A stretch of 64,000 bases of DNA from Perna viridis. Its lineage: Eukaryota. Shown piece by piece: positions 13,547-26,300 of this stretch. Each line of letters starts with the position of its first letter. The first letter of the stretch is position 1. The stretch lies in assembly GCA_037379345.1 (NCBI GenBank), contig CM074511.1, positions 49,792,862-49,856,861 on the forward strand, in the 5' to 3' direction. The translations under genes and the position numbers were made by a program. The notes beneath the pieces were generated by a model. The model was not told the DNA's origin and did not search any database. It was given only the letters and a program-made list of their open reading frames with translations.

Positions 13547-16500
13547 TTTAAATCAAATGTAACAAGTCAATGTTTGAAATGGAAGGCTATCAAAATTTTC
13601 CAACTTGATGGCCAGCCTTGGGTATTTAGGATACAAAATTTTAGGGGCAATACAAATACATACCAGCCTCGACGGTGTAAAACATTAAGGCAACCAAGAT
13701 GTACTTCGCACACGTGACCATGATTTCCTAAAAATTGAAGGATCACTTAATTTATTAAGAAATAGAGTCGGCATAAACGCTGTTACAAGAAATCGAAATA
13801 AAACCAAAAAAATGATACATGTACCACCTATTAACAATATATTGATATCGTCTAGAATTTCTCAGGTCATACGTAGGTTGAATATTTACGCGTGTGTGTG
13901 TTTGTTATTTTGTTTTGTTTGGTTTTTTTTTAGGGTGGTGTGGGGTGCGGTGTACAAATGATACCGTCACAAGTTATATATTTTTGTGATTATAAGTTTT
14001 AATTACTTTTTCCTTCAAATAAAGCAACTTGAATGTAACAAAATTCTGGATCTAGGCATGATCTTTTAACTCGCGAACCCATCACGGTTGAGTCGGAATG
14101 AGGAACAATGTTCATTGGTTTAAAATCCTGCTCCAATTTCCACGGATGCTGATTAATCGAACATATATATTATTAATACAATTACACATTTTTAAAGTTA
14201 ATTTCAAAATTTCAAATGGAAAGACTGGAATTTCCTGGAACTCATATAGCCTTGACGAAGTGATTGCAGTTAAAAATACATACATAAAGCGCGTGAAATA
14301 AAGCCGCGATAAATATATATATTTAGACTCAGATTATCCATCTAGTACACGATTATTTATTTGTGGTTCATCACATTGATAACTAATAAAAATTCTGGTA
14401 AATTTATATCAATTTCATCGGTGTTGCAACGCAGTCTTTGTTTTTACACTCAAGGTTCTCAACTATTATTTCTTACATATTTAAACCCAGGCCGATAAGT
14501 TTTTCCTAATCCTGCATAAAAATACACTTCAAGCGCATAAAATAAAACGAAGTATATTAGAAGAAACAAACTTGAAGCCATCGAAATCCTCACTTTGGTC
14601 AGATAATAAAAAAGAATAAAAAACTTTAAAAAAAAAAAAACTTACTCCAAAGTCATTATTCATACTTCCGACAGCAGTATGATTTTCTCAGCTACATGTA
14701 TATGTTTTTGTTAAAAAATTGCCGTGTCTTACCCGAAGTTGAACCGTCCAACACAACCACTGGCTGAAAAAAAAACACTGTAAACAAGTATACTTAAGTA
14801 TGTAATGTCCTTTCATTAAGTCAAAAATTTATGGAGTATGAAACATTGATATACGGTCTAATATGCACGGTAGAACAAATATAACGGTGATTAAACAATA
14901 AATAATAGTTTTGACTCGTTGTCCACTGGTAGCGCAACTTAGGCCTGGCTAAAATCAAACATATATGTAATTGATAGCTTTTTGTGGTTAGAGAAAATAT
15001 GGCATCCTTGAATTACAATGACATGTTAAGTTTAAGCTGACGTAGGATGATTTCGTTTTATTACCAGCAGCAGAACTTGTATGATATAGCTTCTAAACGG
15101 ACACCGGTTAACTACAAAAACAAGTAAACAGTAAATTAATAAAACGAAGACGAAACGTCATGCTTTTCTATGTAAGAGCAAATGTTACATCACTGCTAGC
15201 TTACATAAATAAGGTTTGAAAACAAACTACATGTATGTACGTTTTATACTTTTAATCACATTCCATATTATTTTACAACCAGCAGAAATAGTTTAACACG
15301 CTTAAACCTACCCAAGTCTTTAATATTTTTGGGACATAGAAATCGTGAGATTTAATGCAAATAATTTTTTTCCCCAAGTTTCAGGAGGGACGCACACCTG
15401 ACACGCCTCTCTTTTGATCCGCGTCTGCTTCATAATTTCTTAAAGTGTCAAGTCCCTTTTCCGATTTATTATTATTTTTTTCTGTTTAGATGAAACAGCA
15501 GCGAACAACGAACACGGTAGAATTATCCAGAACGACAGCAGGAAATCGAATACTCCTGATCCACTAGCTTATGGAGAACTTTACAGGCGTGGTACAATTA
15601 AACCAATCTGTGACTGTGAGAAGATACTACAAGAAAAAAAATATTTTACTGTAGGGCTTCTCAAATAAACAGGCCTATAGTTTGTACCATAGACTCAAAA
15701 CTATTTTGCTTTGTAAATTGCAGTAAACTGACTGTTCTCTGTAATATAAAGTCCTTGTTCTGTTATAGATCTGTTAACTACCAAGTATTAGTTTGGAAAA
15801 AAAAAATCCTCAGAAATTGCAGAATCTAGTGTATACCTTATTCTTTAAAATGTAAAGATTTATCAATTTACCTAGAATTACCTTAAAACTTATTTCACTA
15901 AAGGCATCACAGGAGGCATACTAGTACAACATATGAACCAACTTACATGTATTTACAATAAACATTAGTTAATGCAGATGTACGTTGAACGTATCATATG
16001 CAATGAAGATGGGCGAATGCAAATGAAAGTTGAGCATTTCATACCAATGAACAGAATTTTGCCAGCCAATAAATGTATATTTATCATTACCATTCATTAA
16101 AGCTGGCAGACTAACAATTTTTAAAATTCTATTATTCTATTATTGTAGATATTGACAGGTATATTTATTTCATTATTGAAAAAATTGCAATTAAATATTG
16201 TATTTCTCATTACAAATAAAAATTTCGATTTGGCAAAAAAAAGAAAAAACATTCTTCTATACATGACAAGTGTGTTCTTGTATCAGAAGACAAAGACAAA
16301 AACAACACTACTTTTGTTTGCAGGACACCTGCAACCTCCAATGTTTATAGGGGTAGATGGTTAAGATAATAGCTGTAATAAGACCTAGACTGCTACCATA
16401 CCACACTCTCCAAACCACATCCGTTCTATCATTTATCACCATGATTCGCTATGCTAGAGCAATTACTAACTACTCTGATTTCTTAAAACACCATAAGTAT

Positions 16501-16753
16501 CTGCATAACGGACTCCTGAAATAGGGGTATGAGGAAAAGCATCTCAAAAGGTTGTACAGCTATTGGATAGAATGAATATTTGATAGTAATGATATTTAAT
16601 AAAATAAAATATATATTACAGAGAGACTTGTAGCAAGTCTAAGGAAGGTTTGGCGCGCTGTAAAACCTAGATTCAACCCATCATTTCGTTTGAAATGCAC
16701 GTACCAAGTCAGGACCACTGCGGTACCAGCAGTTCCGATGGTGCAATGTAGTG

Positions 16754-16970
16754 CAGGGCGGATCCAGGATTTTAGATTAGAGGGCCGCACAGTTAAAATT
16801 TTGCCGAGCTGATCGAGGGAAAATTTTTTTAAGGTTAAATCTTTTGTGGTAAAATTAGCGAGAAATTAAAGTTTCAACCTAGAACCGCCTAAATCTATCC
16901 CTGACAACTCATGCTTTGCAAATTTTAGGGGGGTGCACACCCGCCACGCCCCCTTCTGAATCCGCCCCTG
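16754..16970. mobile_element. MITE
   Basis: TIRs CAGGGCGGATCCAG / CTGAATCCGCCCCTG; splits an older dispersed repeat. Confidence 0.7.
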
Positions 16971-17608
16971 TATAGTATATATTTTGTCAGATTTATTTTG
17001 GACTTAATTTTATAATTGATCGGATTATTGATCGGTATTTTATTGTTACTTATTTGTCTCTCTACGAAAGACGGTGATTGTAAGCTTCCGTTCATGTATT
17101 GCATTCCAAAATCGTAGCTTGATCTGCAAAATGTACAAGAAGCGCAGCCAGACTTTCTTTGAAGTGGAAGACCAAATTCGGCAAGGGGACTAGCTGACCG
17201 CTCAAGGCCCCAAGTGGGGGACAGGGGAGCGAAGTCCTCGGAAGCTCCCGGTGTTTGCGCGTTTTATACCCATAAAAGTTAGTCAAAATTAATGCTGAAA
17301 AGGGCTTTACTGCGAGATCGTTTTGTTAAAAATGTTTCTTTTTAATTGTATAATACAAGCAGTGATAAAACTCAAATGAAGAAATTGTCCTCCCAAATTT
17401 GATATCTTTTTTGTATTGTTTTAAAATGCCAATCTCTTCAGCACCTGCATATGAACTTTTCATATCACAACTCAAACGTTATCGAGCTTGTCGAAACTAA
17501 GCAAACTTTTCGTACCTCGCTATAAACTTCTTACAATTACGCTTCTGGGGCGGACATGGTTATGTTGCTACAAGATTGAAATTATCACTACAGAAGTTTT
17601 ATGGTCGA

Positions 17609-17685
17609 CCCGTGCAGGATCGGGTGTCAAAAGAATAGGCCTGCAGCAGCGCTAAGCTTGTCGTAAAAGGCGACTAAACAGTGCT
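17609..17685 (+). ncRNA. Putative structured RNA (H-type pseudoknot + nested stems) at the SINE 5' end; candidate self-cleaving ribozyme, unproven
   Basis: P1 CCCG 17609-12 / CGGG 17621-24. Loop TGCAGG 17613-18 pairs with CCTGCA 17640-45. AGCGCT 17648-53 / AGTGCT 17680-85 encloses GTCGT / GCGAC 17660-74. Pairing-preserving variants occur in copies 3 and 4. Confidence 0.55.
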
Positions 17686-18132
17686 CAGAACCTTAGCCGG
17701 GGGCTGGGGCGCTCTGCCCACAGAGCAACTGGGTTGTGTGCCCCAGGTGGTGGAATGGGGTACCCCTGGTGTGTTACATGCTGGGGTTGTCAGGCTATAA
17801 TACGGAATCCCTGACCGCAAACCATAGTGGTGCACCGTGTTGGGAAAGATGCCACGTTCCTCGCACGTTAAAAAACCCTACTGTGGTATTCTCGCGGAGT
17901 AGGAACAATAGGGCTCCGCCACAGGAGGCTAAATTGCCCGACCCTACCCACCTCTCCCTATTTCCAGGGGCAATCAAAATTTGTCGACCACATTGTCCTT
18001 GTGTCCCATCCCATATTTCATTTCATCATCATTTCATGTTCATTTTATCATCCACTTCATGTTCATCGCCTGAATATAGCTGAAATATTGCTGCTCGGGC
18101 GTTAAACCCCAAGAAACAAACAAACAAACACA
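17609..18132 (+). mobile_element. ~510-bp SINE-like retroposon with structured (pseudoknot) 5' head, copy 1
   Basis: One of six homologous copies. (AAAC)n tail; TSD AAGTTTTATGGTC at 17594-17606 and 18133-18145; inserted in a Penelope-like remnant. Confidence 0.92.
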
Positions 18133-19307
18133 AAGTTTTATGGTCATTATCAAGAACTCATGGATCGTTACGGTCTTTCCATCTGCACCATAAGCACCGA
18201 TTTGTTCAGCGGGTCATATTTTTCCTTCCCTCTTTCTACCCCAGACTTGACTTTTCATGATCGAGCAACTCGACGGGTGCTTCTAGAAAAGCAGAGGAAG
18301 CTTACCCTACCGGTGTACCTGGTCCAAGCTCCCAGATTTTAGTGGAGTCCGAGTTGCTCATTTAATTTTGTTGCTTTTTACGTATTATTTTGGTTATTTT
18401 ATGTTCTTTGTTGTGTGCCGTTTTCCATGTCTGGTCTCTGTCCCTGAATTACATTCCTTTGATTTCCGCTAGAATCTTGGTTCACTTGATTAGTCTTTGT
18501 TCCTTACAGTGGTCTCGCAAATAATTGTATCTCGATTCGGCTTTCATAGTTAACCTGATTTTAAGCTTTAAAAAAACTATATATGTAACATATTCCTTCA
18601 ACTATTTTGAAAAGAGTCTGATACACTTGAAATTTAGAATAGTCTATCAAGTTTTGAAGTCATCATTGCTATCATCATCAATTTGGTAAATTGTTATAGA
18701 AAACCCATACATGTCTAGAGATCAATTAACTTTTGAATAGGTAAGTGTTGCTCATCCTGCATGAGTTTATTTGTGTTCCTTCTATGGGGTCTGATTGTTT
18801 CTATGTTTTTTAAACTCTTATAATGACCTTGAATCTGTGTTTTTGTATGATATAAAGTACTAGAAAATGAATAACGTTGACATTTGACCTCTTCGGGGTC
18901 CAATCTTTAATATTAGTTGACCTATTGCCCTGAAAACCACCTTCGCTATTCATCATTAAATAATTGCGAAAGCCCTTTTTGAAACGACAACTGGTCCACA
19001 ACTGGTCCTCAAAAATGGTATACATTGTATGTCTTTTTTTTCAGACAAACTCGATCCGTCTTTAACTTTGACAAATTCAATAATTCAAATGATGTCTGTA
19101 TGTTACCTTCATGAAAATGGGATTTATAGTTGAAAGACATTATATACCCGTGTCTTTACTCAATCAGGACATAAAGTAAATTAAGAAACAACATAGTAAC
19201 CCCGTACGCGATCGTTTCCACTAATAAATTACCACCTCGTCTTCTTTTCTTCTATATCTCTCTTTATTTTATTTCATTGTTTTTGCAAAATGATGTGGAA
19301 GCTCAGG

Positions 19308-19518
19308 CAGGCGCGTAGCTGCCTTTAGGCAAAAAAGCTTTTGCCTGCACTTAATTTTTTTTTTGGAGATAAAATACATCCAGGAGAGGCATAAATGATG
19401 CTCTTAAACGCTATCTCCGCTGAGCTTGGGGGGGGAACCTGATGGGGGCCTTAAGCGACCCCTAGACCCCCTGCCGTAATTTTGCCTACACTTCAATTTG
19501 GCCTTAGCTACGCGCCTG
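19308..19518. mobile_element. MITE with 5-bp TSD
   Basis: TIRs CAGGCGCGTAGCT / AGCTACGCGCCTG with TCAGG on both flanks; related to 62802-63619. Confidence 0.8.
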
Positions 19519-20241
19519 TCAGGCTTCGGTGCTTCCGCCTAGCTACGCGCCTCTGTGCTATCAAGTATTTTTCGAAACTATTAACATTCACATCTGCTAG
19601 ACTTGACTTCTGGAACAGTGTATTGTTACGATAAAGTAACCCTCCATCCACATGCCTTCCCGTGAGGAAGGTTATATTATCGTAACTAGAACAGTGTTAG
19701 GCGTGCTACAAGCCGGGGTGGGGGTGGCTAGTCTGAAAATTGACGGGCTGTTTTTTCTGGTAGCTCAAAATCCTGACCCCATTCCAGATAATTTTTGATA
19801 GACCTATATATACCCCATGGTAGACAAAAGGGGGGGATAAAGATTCCTTGTCAGATAACAACCACAATAATGAATCTACAGATTAATGTTTGGATAACAA
19901 CTTTTGCAAATAAAAAATCTTCATGTAAAAATACTAGTACTAATATTGTGTATATATATACCACACATGCTGTACATTTCGTATCTTCAAACACGGACTA
20001 TAAAATATTAATAGCAAATATCAATTCCCCGATTTAAATAACAATTTTTACAAAATTACCAACTTCTGATTAAGTCATAATCCATTTCGTATATTGGAGT
20101 GTAATATAAAGTCCGTGAGTCATCATGACCACTACAAAAGTTTTATGGTCGTCTTCATGAATTCCTGGATCATTATGATGTATGATGTATTATGCTGTAT
20201 CGTGAGAACCGATCTGTTCACCGTGTCGTAGGGGAAAATCA

Positions 20242-20252
20242 GCGCGGGAAAA
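20242..20252 (-). promoter_or_regulatory. E2F-type site (TTTTCCCGCGC) in the CpG-rich region upstream of the STK31 start codon
   Basis: GCGCGGGAAAA lies ~60 nt before ATG 20314 and matches TTTSSCGC on the minus strand; a second TTCCCGCG is at 20506-20513. Motif match only. Confidence 0.35.
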
Positions 20253-20313
20253 GAGAGATAAGGTTTATTGTGGAATCAACGACAGAGGGCGTGATGCAAC
20301 CACATGGGTTAAA

Positions 20314-23300
20314 ATGGCAACTCACAAAATCACAACTTACGACGTCTGGGTTGGAAACCTGCCGCTTTCTGCTGATGATGTAAATGATTGCATAAAAGCA
20401 ATAAATCATATGCATAATTTGTATATATAGAGTGTACTAAAAGTCTAGTTGTATGCATAAAGTGCATATAAATGGTCACAAAAGCTTTGTTTACATGACG
20501 AAAAATTCCCGCGGTTTCTTTTTGACGTTGGATTGTATTTGTTATTAAAATCCAGAATGTGAAACCCTTTGATAATTTTTTAATATTGTCCGACTCAGAA
20601 GCCGTTCCCTGATTTGTATGCTAACCGATTCCCTTATCAATGCTGCAAATGTTATTCGGACAGATTTGAAATATTAATTTGACCAAGATAAAGGCTATAT
20701 TTATAAGCTGTATATTGGTAAATTCATTTTACAAGCAAACATACAGGGTCTTGTGGGATTTTGATGAAATTTTATAGGAAGGTTGAGTATCATCCTAAGG
20801 GATATAACTGTTGTCTAAGGATTCTGATGGAAGATAATACAACTTAGGGTTTTAGGGTTGACTCCTTGTAGGCACAACTCTTACACCAATCCAGGGTTGC
20901 TCATTAATATTTTTTTTATAAAGGTAGGGTTTCATGAAGGAATATAATTTTAATAAAAAGAAATAATCAAATGACTCCAGAAGAAGGAAGTCCATCTTGT
21001 TTTTATTAAAATGATATTCGTTTTACTAACATCTGATGTCTAATAAGTCCATAGTCGTGTTAAAAAGCGAAGATTGGGCTGTCATTACTACTATATCTCC
21101 TTTGCGAAAAGTGACTTGACTTTGAGGTTGGTCTTATGACGGCTAAGTCCCAAAATCCCAGTCCCGCACTATCAACAATTTCACATCTGACTTGGGGAAA
21201 TGTAGGGTTCTAATGGTTGAAAAGTTTCCTGTCCGTCCCAGGGTGTCCAACCTTTTAAAAGCAAGTTTGTGTTGCATAATATTTTTGCAAGTTTTTTAAA
21301 CTGTGAAGCTATGTATCTGTGATCTTTACCTAGTGCAGAGTTCTCAAAATCTTGTTCATGTTGGCCGGACAGTAGGTCCTATCAACATTGACAATTGGTA
21401 GGACCCATCAAAGTTAGACCTTACCCACTTTTTTTCTATATACATGTAACTAATATTAATCACTGATTAAGTCTTCAGAAAGTTTTATTTTGTTAAAGTA
21501 CTAATGTATTACCATTTTTCCAGTTATAATAATAAGATAATTGTTACTCTGTTGATTGTACTTATCTCAGAATACACCTTTATTTCATTATTTTATTAAG
21601 TTATCCCCGCACAATTCTCAAGTGCCCACCAAAGTTGTCATTTTATCCGAAAACTTCATGATTGAGACTATGGGAAGAAATGCTTTTTGGAAAAGAAGCA
21701 TATTGTCAACATAATGTGCAATATGAACTTCTGGTTTCCAGTCTATGATCAGGTCAGTGTAAAATCACTGTCTAGGTAAACAAATACAAGTTTGTAACTT
21801 CACTCTGTGTAACTGATTGGTTAATATCAGATCGAACTCATGTCGGTACAACAACCGGACATCTGGTGTGACAGGAGAAATTTCTACGGGATTTAGGGCC
21901 CAAATTGTCCTACAGTCCGATTGATTCAAGGGATTTCAGTAATTCTGTAGTGCAAAATGCATGATATCTGTCCAAGACTTTGGGATAACAACTAATGACA
22001 ATGAGTGCATTTCCAATTGGTAAAATTTGAATTGTACCCATAAGAAATAATAAAGTCAGATCAAATATTGAAAAAAGTGATTTTGCTTATTTTATTTTAT
22101 TTGACAGTATTTTGAAAATAATTTAATGAATTGGTATACAAAAAATGTATAAGAGAAAAGTAAATCGCATAAATCTATTTATAAAAAAGACTGTTTGAAT
22201 ATCCATTGAGTGAAAGTTTATTTTCTATATTTTAATTCTTAATATCTAGCACATTTTGAGCTGATTTCTAAAGTCACAGTAAAATAGTAACGTCAAATTC
22301 ATGTGACAGGTATGTTAACACATTTTATTTTTCGAGAAACAATCCAATCAACTTAACAAACTCAAATGCTTAAGCAATCTGTAATAAAAGGTGGATTAAT
22401 ATATATATTCAGGAAATATCTGCACTACTGTAGTCTTTCGCGTATACTGTGCACTTTTTTTCAAGTTTTCTTTGCTCCAGGAGGGGTGTGCACTGTATAC
22501 ACCAAACATAAGTTTCTAGATTTTTTTCTGGAGACATAACTTTCGTTGATCAGAACTGAAGTCGTCGACAAAAGACAACATTGACCCATTTTGTATTTTT
22601 GAGAACAGTTGATGTGAAATAGTTTTACTGCTATGTAATAGTTGTTTTATCTGTTGATGCTGTTTTCTTGCATTTCATAGTTACTAAGATATACACGACT
22701 AGCTTCTTATTTTTCTTTCAAAACACCCTGTCCTAATTATAACTTCTTAAACCCTGTGTAGTAGAGTGTCAAATACACAATAACGGGAATGCCATCCTGT
22801 CATTGGGCCCATTGTCATTTAATTATTAAATAACAAAAATCAGTTTAAAAGGTGAAAACAATTGTCACTAAACTTTTAATCTGCTTGATGAACTGTTTCC
22901 ATATGTCAAATATCAAGACACAAGCTTGGAAAATTACAACATCTTATTCATAAACGGTTGGACTTGATGCCATTGTTTTAGTTAAGTACCTGATTTGCAT
23001 TTTTCAGCAAATATCTTGAAAACTATGATATATAGAAAGAAACTTTCAATTGATAAAATCAGCCTTATGGTAAAATCTACCAAAGTCATCTTTGAGTCAA
23101 AATTGATAGACAACTCCTTGTTAGAGTTATTGCTCATTAAATTTAACCTGGTGAGCAATTCAAGCTCTGTGTTTCAATTACTTCCACACAAAGTTGTGTA
23201 TCCTGAAAAAAAAAAGCCAGTATGATACGGGTCAGTGAGGTTAATTATGAAGAAATTTTCAATGTACATGTTGTATGGCTTTGTGGTTACAGAATAATTA

Positions 23301-26300
23301 TTCAACAAATAGTTGTTACATTTTTTTTTTTCAGAAAAACATTGGGAAGTTATTTTCAAAGTATGGCGAGACCTATTCTTTGTTTTCTCGACTTGCAAAA
23401 ACTGGGGAATATAAATTTGGGTGAGTATTTATTTGTTATAGTCAAATAACCTATTGCTTATTTATGAATATCTTGCAGCCATTTATAAATATACTCTACT
23501 GAATTCACACCATTACACATTCAAACTCAAGAGAGCTAATGTAACTGAATTCTATTGACCAAATAGTGGTAGACACTAGAAATAGAAATTATCTTGCTTC
23601 AATCTTCAGTTGAAAATTTAGTTTTTTGAAATTTACTCTTTAGGTTTGTAAAATACTTTGCTGAAGCTGATGCTGACAAAGCTGTTGCTGAATTGGATGG
23701 CCTGGAGTTTGATGGAAAGAAAATCATTGTTAAGAGAGACTTTAAACAGTAAGGTCTATGATAGTACCATAACTATTGGAAATATTTTTATATATCATCC
23801 GCCTTGGATATATTACCATATTTTGGTATTTGTCTCTTTGAGTATGTTAAGCCATCAATCCAAGTGTATCATTACTCTAAATTTCTTCTAGAAACCCAAA
23901 CGGTCTTTCACCTCTGTGTTTTTGTCTGTCTTCAAAATAAGTATGGACTCTAGATAATTTTCTCAACAGTCCATTATTACTTGGATAGATTTTCAGGTAA
24001 ATAGTTTATTTGGTGTTGGCAAAATAAATTTGTAAGCCTTTATATGTCCTCTGGCTTTAGTTAATTTCAAATTTTTTGGGCTGACATTTTTTATGGAATG
24101 TGTATATTCTAAGGCCAATTGTAGAAGAAATAAAAACTTCTGTAAAGTTACTGCAAACTTAGTTTGAATGAAAAGTCACAAAAATATTACATAAAACATT
24201 ATAAACTGTTGGAATAGGAAGCGCAGGTATAAATTAAATTTTTGATAAAATAATTTAAATCAAATACATTTTTTAAAAATATTTCTGCAATACATCTTTA
24301 AAAGAGTAATCAAGGGAACCAAGGTTATAGCAGTAATCAAAAGAATGTAATCCAGGGACAAAGACCAGACATGGAAAACAGACATACACAACAAAGAATA
24401 TTAAGTAACTAAAATCATACATACAAAGTAACAAAAGTAAATGAGCAACTCGGACTCCACTAAAAACTGGGAGCATGGACCAGGTGCACCGGTAGGGTAA
24501 AGATTGCATTAAAACTACATTCTCTCGTAACAGAACTGGCAGTGGTAAAGATGGAGAAGAAATTAAAGACAAACCAAGAAATAAGCGAAATTTACAGAAA
24601 CCACAGAAAAAGCCTGCTGATCTTGGTAGGTTTGTAATAGAAGTTGTCTGCAGAAAGATCATTAAGATCTTAAAGGAGTCTTAGAACTCTTTGAGGAAGA
24701 TTTCATACCACTCGCAAGGGCGTCACTATAACCCCTGCCTCAAATCTGTATATTTGTTCATCCATGAACAATTGTAATTTCATCTTTCTTAGCTTAATTA
24801 CCATATTTCATATTTGATGCAGAGCTTTATAAAGATGATTTAAAGGTCGTCCTATATTGAATTTCTCCACAAACTTACTTCTATCACAGCTTTGTTCTTG
24901 TTAGTTGGGTGTCTTTTCATATTTTAAGTTCTTCTTAAAGGTTTTTTTTTTTTGTCATTTACTTGAAAAGATATGAAACAATTCAGAGCATCTTTAGCAC
25001 AATGTCCAGTTCAGTTTTTGGATTACCTTACCCAAAGGGCAGTGAGAGCTATTGCCATCTTTATGTAACAGTTGTTGCCGTTACTTTTTCAAACATCTTT
25101 TCCGCTGAAACTACTGAACAGATTGTAACCAAACTTTCCTTGAATGTTCATAGGGTATTTTTAACAATCTGTTTGTGGAGATTTTTTATCTGGCAAAAAA
25201 CATGGCCACTTTTATTAAAAATAGACCATGGAGGTCGAATTGCAGAATTTTTTTAAATAACTCAAAAACAATTGGGTTTAGATAAAATCTTGCAGGGAAA
25301 AATTGTTCAGCATGATGGGATGGACATATGCCAAAATTTACAGAAAGATCCATTGATGGATGGTTGAGTTGTGAGTCCTGAAATTTTAAATTTCCAACTT
25401 TAAAAATCTTCTCCCTTGAGACTACTGGATAAGATTGCAACCAAACATGGCATGAATGATTGTAAGGATATTCATAACAATTTTTGATTTGTCAAAAAAC
25501 ATGGCCACCATTATTAAAAATTGAGGATTTGTGGAAATAACTCTAAAACCATTGGCTTTAGCCAAACAATTAATCAGCATGGGGAGACTGACCCATGCCA
25601 ATATTTTAACAAAGATCTATTGACCGATGTTGAAGATATTGGCCTTGAATGGCCAAAAAAATGACCAAGAGATTTATTTTATAATTTAAAACCAGTTGTC
25701 AAACTAAGATGCTCTCTATTGATTAAATGATCCTTTTGACAATAGTTCAGTAGGATCAAAAGTCCATTGTTGAGTTACTGCTTTATAACATGGCTTAAAA
25801 GACATTTTTAACCAGGTGAGTGAATCAGGCTCTCTTAGAGCCTCTAGTTTATTTTTCGTGATATTTTGAATTTTTTTATTGGATTCCTTTTGAAAATTCC
25901 TGCCTTTTCATGAGCTTGAAGAATTATGCTGAGCAAATTTATTTTATCATTTATTGTTTTTGAGGTAATGAGGTAGTGATTCAAGAGTTCCCTGAACTTT
26001 GTTCTTATATTGAATTTCAAAGTATTGTGCAATATTGTATATAAAAGAGTTGCTGTGTCCATAAGAACTGTAAGTCCTCGTGTTTAAGTCTGTCAGAAAC
26101 TTATATTTTATCCACATTTGAGTTGAAATGTCTGCAGTCGTATCATGCTACACTTGGCAGAGCTTTTTATTAAAAAAATGTTGTTCATTAGATTTCAAAT
26201 TGATGGATTTCAGTACAGCAAATTTTCAACAGAAGTTAATTTTGTTTGGAATTTGAATTTGTATTTTGACCAAACCACTTAAACTGGTACATTGTATTCA

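Larger units (their letters stand above)
17428..18500 (+). mobile_element. Penelope-like retroelement remnant (degenerate RT C-terminus + 3' tail), interrupted by SINE copy 1
   Basis: Broken frames give SAPAY..FISQL.RY..AC...GYVATRLKLSLQKFYGR|..ELMDRYGLSICT, resembling the RT thumb region of Penelope-like elements. The tail at ~18300-18495 recurs at ~13352-13546 and ~24300-24500 on the minus strand. Family assignment is from recall only. Confidence 0.5.

Noticed and set aside
14646-14767. Two short minus-strand segments with acceptor- and donor-like ends (possible upstream exons of the WAP gene)
   Set aside because: They are separated by only ~40 nt, and no coherent frame or signal peptide results.
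17609-17700. tRNA-derived head or HDV-like ribozyme assignment for the SINE
   Set aside because: No A/B boxes or tRNA cloverleaf, and the helix order does not match the HDV nested double pseudoknot on either strand.
17736-18083. Recurring ~110-aa ORF MCPRWWNGVP... in several SINE copies
   Set aside because: Mostly GTG-started, frameshifted differently in different copies, and with no recognisable domain; best explained as a by-product of a GC-richer repeat.
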